Assembly: GCA_965208575.1 (NCBI GenBank)
Contig: CBDBOV010000006.1
Location: forward strand, 1,597,306-1,661,305
Length of the DNA: 64,000 bases
Source of the DNA: Spirochaetia bacterium
GTDB taxonomy: Bacteria; Spirochaetota; Spirochaetia; SZUA-6; Bin103
Reading direction: 5' to 3'
Shown here: positions 50,912-59,062 of the stretch, one piece after another
How positions within the stretch are numbered: the stretch's first letter is position 1
Layout of the letters: every line of letters starts with the position of its first letter
Notes under the pieces: model-generated
The model's input: only the letters and a program-made list of their open reading frames with translations
Database searches by the model: none
What the model was told of the DNA's origin: nothing
Position numbers and translations under genes: made by a program

Positions 50912-53900
50912 TCAGGACTGCAGTGCGGAAGCAGGTACGGTCTCCTTCAGCGCGTGCAATTCGTGCTGGTAGCGCTGGGCGGCGCGGTCCCACCAGACGA
51001 TGCTGCGCCGCGCGTTGTTGCGTGCGCGCCGGATCTGGCTGGCCGTCGCGTGGCGGAAGAACCAGGTGCAGCGCGCCATCGCATCGAGAAACGCGCCGGC
51101 GTGGTAGTCGCCGAACAGCACGCCGCAGCCGCGCACCGAGGCGCCGCTCACGTGCAGCGGCGTTACCGTATCGCGCAGGCCGCCGGTGGCATGTGCCACC
51201 ACGATGCACCCGCAACTCATCGCTTCGAGTTGCGAGATGCCGCCCGGCTCGAACTCGGATGGCATCAGGAACGCGTCCGCGGCCAGGAGCGGCAGGCTGA
51301 TCTCCTGGTAGCCGATGCGGGCGGCCACCGAGCCGGGGTAGTACTCCATGAGCGCGCGCATGCCCGCAGCGAGCTGCTCGGCGCGGTGGTCGTTCGGGGC
51401 GATCGGCCCGCCGAGTATCGCCTGCACGCCCAGGTCGCGAAAGATCCCCTGCGAGGCATCGAGCAGGATCTGGAACCCCTTCTGGTCGCTGACGCGGTGG
51501 ATCATCACGTACAGCACGCGGTCCGGATCGACGGTCAGGCCGTACTCGATCTGGGCAAGCAGCTTGGTGCGCATGCGAATCACTTCGTCGCGGCGCGCCT
51601 GACTGCGAAAGCGCACCGGTTCGCCTTCCCCGCCCAGCAGTTCCGGAAACCGCCGTTCCAGTTTGTCGCGCAGCGCGCGGTCGGCGCCGATGCGTTCCGT
51701 GAGGCGCGCGGCGTGGCGCCGCTCCAGCCCGGATCGGGCCAGGCGCTGCCCTACCCCGCGCCGAAAGTCCTTGCCGATGCCGTTGTTGATTCCGACCACG
51801 TCGCGCAGGAGCCCTTCCAGGCCGTCGCAGTCACGCTCGATCTGTCGTGCGTAGGTGGGGCTCACCGTGAACACCCGGTCCGCAAACCGTATGCCGGCGG
51901 CCATGAGATTGAACTGTGCCGGGTTGCGTGGATCGGTGAATCGCGCAGCGAGCTCGGACGGAAGGTTGAACAGACCGAACAGGTCGGCGCCCTCCTCGTA
52001 GCGGTCGTAGCAGTCGAAGTATTGCCAGCCGCCGTTGTGGATGATGTGCACGAAGCTGGTGTCGGCGAACGCGGCGCCGCCGGCGTAGTAGGGATCGCCG
52101 CGCACGATGCCGCTCACCAGGCTGGCCGCGGCATCGTTGGTGGCTACCACCTGCGGATGGAGCCGGAAGCGTGTCATCACCTCGGCGGCTGCCCGTCCCA
52201 GGGCCAGCCGGCGGCGGATGCGCTCGTTGGAGCGGTAGCCCCAGTACAGGCCGTCGAACAGTTCGTGATGGTCGAGCAGGAAGTAGGTCACCCCCTCTAC
52301 CTGGCCCCGGTGGACGCCCACCTCGAAGTCCTCGTTGCCGAGCCGGAAGTGCACGTTGATCCCGGTGTAGGCCACGCCGAAGCGGGCCACCGCGTCCCGC
52401 ATCTTGCCCACCGCGCGCCGCTCTCCGGTGCGGTACAGTGGCGTGATCACGTACATCGACTCGCCGAGGCGGGCCAGTTCGCGCGGCAGTTCGAAGGTGA
52501 CGTTGGCCAGGCCGCCGCTCTTGGAGAACGGCTCCGCCTCCGCCGAGACGAATACCAGCGGCCGGCTGCGCAGCAGCGCGAGGGCGCGTACCAGTACCTT
52601 GCCGGCGCGCGACAGCGGCGCACCGGCGTGCAGGTGGCCGAGCCCGGTATCGGGGCCGGCGCCGGCGTGCGCTTGCCGGTCGCGGTGGGCGTGGTACAGG
52701 GCGCGCTTCAGCCCGAGGGCGACCGCCTCGTCGGAGGACGGGTCGTACAGTGGCAGCAGCCTCTGGTCGACAAACCGCGCCAGCCGCTCGCGATCCGCCG
52801 CGGCTTCCGCCAGCGCCCGGTACGCGTAGGAGGCGGCGACCTGCTCGCGCGAGCGCGCCGCCAGCAGCCGATCGAAGGAGTCGCGCAGCAGGTCCTTCGC
52901 GGAGCCGCCCTCCGTTCGGGATCCGGCGTCCGCGTCCGCGGCGTCCAGGTCGATGCGCAACAGCTTTACCCGCTGCCGGTAGCTCACCGAGGTGGTGAGC
53001 GGGGTCACGCGCAATTCACGCCCGGTGTAGTGCGCGTACCTGCGGGTGACCGGCGAGTAGGTGGGATCGACCACCACGTAGCGCGCCGCATCGTCGATCA
53101 TCTCCGCCGCGCTCAGATCGACGCTCACCATGGCGCTGTCCGCCGAGAAGCTGCATACCGCCAGCCACAGGCCGCGCGGCGCCGGCTTGATCGCCGCCAC
53201 TACCTGCTCGTGGTCGGTCGGCACCAGCGTGCCGCGCCCCGGGTTGCGGCGGTGGAACGCGTACGCCTCGCTGAACACCCGCTCCACGCTGCGATCCGCC
53301 GCGTTGTCGAAGCGGTTCCAGTCCACGTACACGTTGTCGGCGAACACCTTCCATGCCTCGCCCTCGGCGTTGCCCTCGTAATCCATCAGCAGATTGACCA
53401 GGAACGACGTCAGCGTCAGCACCGGGCGCAGGTTGTCACGCCCGAATGTGTTCACCGGACGCCGCTCGTCGTGGTTGCCGAACATGCCCATCAACTCGGT
53501 GCCGGGCGGCAGCGCGTGCCGGTAGTGATCGTCGTACAGGTGGTAGATCTCGCTCACCGGGGAGGTGCCCTGCGCAACCCGCTCGCAGATCTTGAACAGG
53601 GCGGAGTTGTATGGCACCACCCCGACGCGGCTCAGGTACTGCTCGCGGCCCCAGTAGGACTCGGCGAGGAACAGGCTGAACTCCTTGCCGCAGCCGCGCA
53701 TCGCCTGTTCGAGCTCGCGCATCAGCAGGTAGTGCAGCGGACTGGCGATCAGGTCGCGGCACGCCGAGTCGAAGAATCCGGTGGTGATGAGGTGGTCGTC
53801 CTCACGCTCGTTGACCACGATGGTGCCCTCCACCTGATCCTCGTCGGAACGCGGGCCGGAGGGCAGGGCGGAGGCGTTGTTGCGTTTCATCACCACCGGC

Positions 53901-55828
53901 AGCGCGTGGGCGATGTCGCAGCGCACGCCGTCGACGTCGAACCGCTCCACCAGGGTTCGTACCGCGTCGGCGAGCCACTCCCACACCGCCAGGCGGCGGT
54001 AGTTGAGCAGCACTCCGTCGTTCCAGCTCCCGTAGCGGCCATCGGTCGAGGCGCGCCGCACCAGGTTACCGGCATCGTCGAAGCAGCGCACGGAGTACGA
54101 CTCCGGGACGTCGTGCACGCGGCGGTTGAGGTGCGGGATCACGTCCACCACCACCTTCATGCCGAGTTCGTGCGCCGCCTCGACCAACTCGCGCAGGCCG
54201 TCGTTGCCGCCCAGCCGAGGTTCCATCTCGACCAGGCTCTCCGGCGCAAACGGCGAGGCGGAGGTGGCGTGCGGCGACCAGTCCTCGCGGTTGCTGCCGC
54301 GTTTCTGCACCCCCAGCAGGTAGACGATGCTGAACCCGTGGCGGCGCTGGATGTGCGGCAGGTGGGCGGCCACGTCGGCGAAGGTGCCGAGCCGGATCAC
54401 CTCGCCATGCTCGTTGTACACCAGGCCGGGATGCTCGCCGTCGCCCCACCAGGCGCGGGTGTGGCCGTGGATGTCGGGGAAGATCTGCAGCGCCAGCTCG
54501 CCGCGCAGGTCGGGAATGACGTTGATGCGCCCGCTGCAGGCGGCGTCCTTCTGCCACTCCCGGCGGCCGCTCGCGTGCACCCGCACCACGCAGTAGTCGT
54601 AGTGGCCCGGTTCGCCGAACGAGTACCGCGCGGCCAGCGGCTGCCCCGGCCCGCGGCGCCGCAGCTCCACCTCGTCGTAACGGATGTCGGCCTCGCCGGG
54701 GTAGCGGTGGTGGGGCGCGCCGTGGTAGACGCGCACCAGGTAGCGCCCGCGCCGCGGCCGCAGGTCGAACGAGAACTGGTGCGTGGCGCCACGGGTGACG
54801 TTGGCAAAGGTACGCGCCAGCGGGGCGTCGAACTCCTTGGGGGCGAGCATGCGCTCCAGGAGCAGGTTGGCGTGGTTGCGCACCTCGTGCAGGTCGTGGC
54901 CGGCGGCGGCGACCAGCAGGCGCACCACGTCGCGGCGGGTGCCGGCGTCGCCATGCCGCTTGGCGCGCTGCGCGAGCCGCTCCAGGCTGCGCATCGCCGC
55001 GCCGCAGATGGCAGCGTCGAAGTCGAGCGGCGAATCGGCGCGGCGTGCGTTCAACTGGCGCAGGAACGCCTGCCGGCGGGCCGCGGTGACACGCACCGGG
55101 CGCCGCGGCGGCGGCAGCTTCTGTTCGGGCGCGACGAAGCCCAGCGCCGGCTCGCTCAGGGCGCGGTGCAACGACTCCAGGGCGGCGCGCTGCCGGGCGT
55201 CGACCGCCTCCACGTGCGAGTAACCGGTCTCGATGGCGCGCTCTTCCAGGCGCAGGATCAGCCCCAGTGCTTCCCGCGCCGCGCCGGCGGCGTCCTGCTC
55301 CGCGGCCACCAGGTCGAACAGCCGCAACCCGAGGTAGATGGTCGGCACCCGCGCCCCGACCGGCCCCTGCCCCACCCGTGCCACCACCGCGGTCGACGCC
55401 AGTTCGAAGAAGAAGGCCGCGCCCGGCAACTCGCGGATCAGCACCACGCGCCGCGGCGCCCCGGCGGTGCTGCCGCCGTCCTCGTTCGCCGTCAGCAGTT
55501 CGTGGGTCAGCCGAACGGCGTCGGCGAGCCGATGCATGAGACGGGCATCGCGGCTCAGCCGTTCCCGAGCCGCCGCGCTGTCCGGCGCCGCCGCCGCCAC
55601 CGCCTCGACGCGGAAGGCCGCGGTCAACCGCTGTCGCTCACCCTCATCCCCGGACGGCCACTGCGGGCGGTGCGCAAAGGCGAACGCTCGCTGCTCCCGG
55701 AACGCGCGCCCAATCGCCTCCTTTACCGCCGCATCGTCCACCTCCGCCCCGAACGGCACCGTCAGGCAAGCGCCGCCCCCGGTGCCCGGGCCCTCGCTGG
55801 ACCGGCGATCAGGTTCATCTGGCTTCAT
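50912..55828 (-). CDS. Fusion: N-terminal unknown + GH13 alpha-amylase-type domain + GT5 glycogen/starch synthase
   Basis: GH13: VVVDVIPH, DGVRCDIAH, FLAESYW, GNHDE; GT5: FSKSGGLANV, HRVSDQKG, PSEFEPGGISQLEAM, ATGGLRDTV. Confidence 0.85.
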   Translation of the reverse strand: MKPDEPDRRSSEGPGTGGGACLTVPFGAEVDDAAVKEAIGRAFREQRAFAFAHRPQWPSGDEGERQRLTAAFRVEAVAAAAPDSAAARERLSRDARLMHRLADAVRLTHELLTANEDGGSTAGAPRRVVLIRELPGAAFFFELASTAVVARVGQGPVGARVPTIYLGLRLFDLVAAEQDAAGAAREALGLILRLEERAIETGYSHVEAVDARQRAALESLHRALSEPALGFVAPEQKLPPPRRPVRVTAARRQAFLRQLNARRADSPLDFDAAICGAAMRSLERLAQRAKRHGDAGTRRDVVRLLVAAAGHDLHEVRNHANLLLERMLAPKEFDAPLARTFANVTRGATHQFSFDLRPRRGRYLVRVYHGAPHHRYPGEADIRYDEVELRRRGPGQPLAARYSFGEPGHYDYCVVRVHASGRREWQKDAACSGRINVIPDLRGELALQIFPDIHGHTRAWWGDGEHPGLVYNEHGEVIRLGTFADVAAHLPHIQRRHGFSIVYLLGVQKRGSNREDWSPHATSASPFAPESLVEMEPRLGGNDGLRELVEAAHELGMKVVVDVIPHLNRRVHDVPESYSVRCFDDAGNLVRRASTDGRYGSWNDGVLLNYRRLAVWEWLADAVRTLVERFDVDGVRCDIAHALPVVMKRNNASALPSGPRSDEDQVEGTIVVNEREDDHLITTGFFDSACRDLIASPLHYLLMRELEQAMRGCGKEFSLFLAESYWGREQYLSRVGVVPYNSALFKICERVAQGTSPVSEIYHLYDDHYRHALPPGTELMGMFGNHDERRPVNTFGRDNLRPVLTLTSFLVNLLMDYEGNAEGEAWKVFADNVYVDWNRFDNAADRSVERVFSEAYAFHRRNPGRGTLVPTDHEQVVAAIKPAPRGLWLAVCSFSADSAMVSVDLSAAEMIDDAARYVVVDPTYSPVTRRYAHYTGRELRVTPLTTSVSYRQRVKLLRIDLDAADADAGSRTEGGSAKDLLRDSFDRLLAARSREQVAASYAYRALAEAAADRERLARFVDQRLLPLYDPSSDEAVALGLKRALYHAHRDRQAHAGAGPDTGLGHLHAGAPLSRAGKVLVRALALLRSRPLVFVSAEAEPFSKSGGLANVTFELPRELARLGESMYVITPLYRTGERRAVGKMRDAVARFGVAYTGINVHFRLGNEDFEVGVHRGQVEGVTYFLLDHHELFDGLYWGYRSNERIRRRLALGRAAAEVMTRFRLHPQVVATNDAAASLVSGIVRGDPYYAGGAAFADTSFVHIIHNGGWQYFDCYDRYEEGADLFGLFNLPSELAARFTDPRNPAQFNLMAAGIRFADRVFTVSPTYARQIERDCDGLEGLLRDVVGINNGIGKDFRRGVGQRLARSGLERRHAARLTERIGADRALRDKLERRFPELLGGEGEPVRFRSQARRDEVIRMRTKLLAQIEYGLTVDPDRVLYVMIHRVSDQKGFQILLDASQGIFRDLGVQAILGGPIAPNDHRAEQLAAGMRALMEYYPGSVAARIGYQEISLPLLAADAFLMPSEFEPGGISQLEAMSCGCIVVAHATGGLRDTVTPLHVSGASVRGCGVLFGDYHAGAFLDAMARCTWFFRHATASQIRRARNNARRSIVWWDRAAQRYQHELHALKETVPASALQS

Positions 55829-56052
55829 AGGTTCCCGTTGGCACCAGAAGGATCAGAAAGGAAGTCACGTCCTCCACAGTTCGATCCCGACCCGTTCCGC
55901 AGGCCGTCCCGCACATTACTCCTACCGGCTGCTCAACCGTTAACTCTGGAGTCCTCGTCCATTGGACGCGCTACCGACGAAAGTCTGATCCAAGGGTGCG
56001 ACGATCGAGATCGCGCCGTGCGATCGCCGCCTGATGACGGGCAGCCGCCATT

Positions 56053-57336
56053 TCAGGATGGAGTATCTTCGTGGGATTCGACTTCAAGGTCGTGATCCTC
56101 ATGGTACGTCGGTTGGTATTCCTCGGTCTCCATATCGGGGTCGGCATCGCACAACCTCTGCAAATCCCATGTCGTAATGGCGGCACGCACTTTGTAGCGC
56201 ATCCGTTTCTGGTAGCCGGCGCCGCCGCCGGCCGCGCTGACGGAGGGTGCAGCCCAGTCGTATGCTCGGCTGTAGATGCGTCTGATGTGTTCCACGGCGG
56301 CATCCACGCGGTCGTCGGTCACTTCACTCAGTCGGGTACGGCGGGAAGACAGCCACTGCATGCCAAGTTCTGCCTGCCGCGCCATTTGTGCATCGCCTCG
56401 CTCACGCAACCTTGCCGGAACCTTGACGCGGTCGCCCTTCTCTTCGAGTATCGCCTCGACGAAGTCCTCCGTGATTGCCGCCACTACCACCAGCCCAGGA
56501 TAGCGGGCATCATCCGCTACGCCCATCCAGCGGGCCAGTTCGGCATACGACCGTGCCCGCTGCAACAGGCTGTAGCTGCCGATCAGTTCCAACTCGTCGA
56601 TCAGTACCACCCAGCCCCGGTGGCCGGACGTCTTTATCATTTCCAGGACGAAGCGCAATCGTTGCGGGGGCAGGTCGCGGAGTTTCGGCGCGCGAAACTG
56701 ATAGGTTCCCTGCTGCCCGATCTCGCGCAGTCCGCGCTTTACGTCGCCCACCGCCACCTTGTCACCCGACCAGAACCACCTGATGGCGTTCAGCATCTCC
56801 TGATCAGGTAGGCGTTCGTGCACCATGAGTGTCGCGGGGAAAATACGGTGCAGGTTGCTGGAAGCGCTGTCAGCCCAACGAAAGAAAGCAGCATAGCGGG
56901 GGTCCTTCGGACCGGCCAACCGGTTGCCGATTTCATCCACCATGGCACCGACTCTGCCGTCGGGAAGCACGCCGGTGTCGGCCGCGGCACGAAACATCTT
57001 GCCCAAGTCGTAGAAGGGCGTTTCCTTGCTCACGGCGACGCGGCTACAGACGAAACCCCGTTCCAGTGAGATGTTCTCGAAGTGCTCCAGCAGGTGCGAC
57101 TTGCCGGCGCCAAAGTCACCCGATATCAGCAGGCCGTCCGGATCTTCGCCATCGTCGCGACTGAGGCGTTCCTGGAACTGTCGCTCAGCCTGCGGCTGCG
57201 TGCTTCCGAGAATCCGCACTGCCACGCGGTTCGGCACCCCGTTGCGTAGCGCTTCTATCGCGCGGCGGCAGTCGAGCTGCTCGGGAAGGTACTCCACGCC
57301 ATCCTCCATCGCTGGATTCAACCCATCAACCGACAT
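56053..57336 (-). CDS. DUF2791/BrxD-like P-loop ATPase (intact)
   Basis: IEALRNGVP; Walker A GDFGAGKS; Walker B VVLIDELE. Confidence 0.82.
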   Translation of the reverse strand: MSVDGLNPAMEDGVEYLPEQLDCRRAIEALRNGVPNRVAVRILGSTQPQAERQFQERLSRDDGEDPDGLLISGDFGAGKSHLLEHFENISLERGFVCSRVAVSKETPFYDLGKMFRAAADTGVLPDGRVGAMVDEIGNRLAGPKDPRYAAFFRWADSASSNLHRIFPATLMVHERLPDQEMLNAIRWFWSGDKVAVGDVKRGLREIGQQGTYQFRAPKLRDLPPQRLRFVLEMIKTSGHRGWVVLIDELELIGSYSLLQRARSYAELARWMGVADDARYPGLVVVAAITEDFVEAILEEKGDRVKVPARLRERGDAQMARQAELGMQWLSSRRTRLSEVTDDRVDAAVEHIRRIYSRAYDWAAPSVSAAGGGAGYQKRMRYKVRAAITTWDLQRLCDADPDMETEEYQPTYHEDHDLEVESHEDTPS

Positions 57337-58268
57337 AGCGCCGCCGCCGGATTTTCGATTCTCTTGTCGCGAACGTCATCGATGATCCGCGTCTGCAACG
57401 CAGGATAAATCCCGACGCCGCGAGACCGTCGATCTGCCTCCTGGTCCAGAAACGCCGCGTCCGAGCAGGACACGATCATCGTCGCGAAGAGCAAGTCAGC
57501 GCTATCGATGAACTCCCGCATTATCTCGTAGAAATCCATGGTCATAGCTCTGGTGTAGTACCGTGAGCCGTCGGATGGCCTTGTCCGGTCCGTAACCCGA
57601 GTGCTGTCGAGAATTACCACGGTTCCCGGGTAGCCTGCCTTGGAGAACCAATAGAATGCCGAGCGAAGCAGATGCCGTGCCGTCGTACGGTTAATCGGAT
57701 TGTAGATCGAGAACGGCTTCACGTTCGAAATGCGCGTATTGACTCCCGTGAGCCAGTCGATGATTGGCTGTCCGGGATAGTGCTGCTCCGCGGAGCGCTC
57801 CATCAGGCACAGGTGCGACATCGCTACCCGAAAGTCTTTGGCCATATTCGCGTCATAGAATACGTCTCGTTGAAGACGTGGATTCAACGCCGTGAGGAGA
57901 AACTCCTTGCCAATCTTGTTAAGTTCAGCCACGGCCTGCAGCGCGTGCTCATCGGCGGGCGTAACGCCATCTGTCTGGTAGCCCTCACGTGCCAAGAGTC
58001 CCATAAGGTACCGGCGAGCCGCCAGCCGCCAGTCCACTTGTGCTGCAATGGCGAAAAACAGATCCTGCGGCATGTGGAATCGATGTGCCGCGGCATCCGC
58101 GCTCAACACGAGATAGCCACGATCCTGGGCGAGCTTGGTCAAGCCTTGTCGTACTGCGGACCGCTGCATCCCGTCACCGACAACGAACTTGACCGCGGCC
58201 CCGCCGCTCACCACGAAGGTAGCAAGGTAGTCACGCTCAATCTGTTCCAGCCAGTCCGTGACGTGCAT
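57318..58268 (-). CDS. DUF2791/BrxD-like protein with degenerate P-loop
   Basis: GGAAVKFVVG without GKS/T; TVVILDS in place of Walker B DE; YEIMREFID and YPALQTRI motifs. Confidence 0.7.
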   Translation of the reverse strand: MHVTDWLEQIERDYLATFVVSGGAAVKFVVGDGMQRSAVRQGLTKLAQDRGYLVLSADAAAHRFHMPQDLFFAIAAQVDWRLAARRYLMGLLAREGYQTDGVTPADEHALQAVAELNKIGKEFLLTALNPRLQRDVFYDANMAKDFRVAMSHLCLMERSAEQHYPGQPIIDWLTGVNTRISNVKPFSIYNPINRTTARHLLRSAFYWFSKAGYPGTVVILDSTRVTDRTRPSDGSRYYTRAMTMDFYEIMREFIDSADLLFATMIVSCSDAAFLDQEADRRSRGVGIYPALQTRIIDDVRDKRIENPAAALCRLMG

Positions 58269-58272
58269 TGAT

Positions 58273-59061
58273 CTACTCGGTGAATTGTATGCCGAAGTAA
58301 CGGATCACGTTGCCATTACGGTCCACAAAAGAAAGAATTCCGGAACTACGCCTCACGGAGCTAGTAAAGCTCACTCGGGCTCCCGACTTGGTGACCGCTA
58401 CCGATGAGGAATCGAGCAGGTAGACATCTCGCGCGAAATCGGTCTTCGTATACTGCGTGCTGACACCCGGCAGCGACGTAAACACCGCGTAGACCTCGGA
58501 AAGAGGAACCACTCGCGTCGCGTCGAACAACGGATCGGAGGTCTTTCCTCTTATTATCCTGAACGCCTTGTAGAGTGCCTCCAGAAAGCGCTGTTGTTGG
58601 GTGTCGCTCTTTGGGCGCATCCGGTCCTGAATGGCGCGCAGGTCGGCGGCCAGCTTTGATGGCCGGATAGCTGTGCGTTTCTTGCCGTCGATCTTCAGCG
58701 CCGCCTCAGCGGGCAAGATGCGGAGAATGGACGGGGAGCACACCAACGCCTCGTCGCGGGCGGACACGTTGAGGCCGATCGAAGCTGCGGCGCTGCTCAA
58801 CTCGCCCGCGTACCCTTCGCCCATGTAAGCGGTCGCCGCACAATCGTCGAAGGGCCACGCCGCCGCCGCACGCGCCACACTCTCATCGGTCGTGGACAAC
58901 GCGTTCGTCAGATGGTGCGCCTCTTTCTGGAGCTTGGCAACGGCTCCCTCTTGGGCAGCCCTTTTTAACCTGCGGGCGGTAGCAGCCAGTATCCGCACGG
59001 CGGCCTCCGCCTCCTCGGCGGCGGCTTCTACGGCAGCGAAGCCCTCTTCGAAAGTCGACAT
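58273..59061 (-). CDS. Hypothetical 262-aa protein, first gene of the ATPase cassette
   Basis: Helical N-terminus; C-terminal VPLSEVY..YTKTDFARDVYLLD; 4-nt gap to next gene. Confidence 0.78.
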   Translation of the reverse strand: MSTFEEGFAAVEAAAEEAEAAVRILAATARRLKRAAQEGAVAKLQKEAHHLTNALSTTDESVARAAAAWPFDDCAATAYMGEGYAGELSSAAASIGLNVSARDEALVCSPSILRILPAEAALKIDGKKRTAIRPSKLAADLRAIQDRMRPKSDTQQQRFLEALYKAFRIIRGKTSDPLFDATRVVPLSEVYAVFTSLPGVSTQYTKTDFARDVYLLDSSSVAVTKSGARVSFTSSVRRSSGILSFVDRNGNVIRYFGIQFTE

Positions 59062-59062
59062 G

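Noticed and set aside
50954-56095. 1713-aa plus-strand ORF
   Set aside because: Antisense shadow of the GH13-GT5 gene, typical of high-GC codon bias; no motifs
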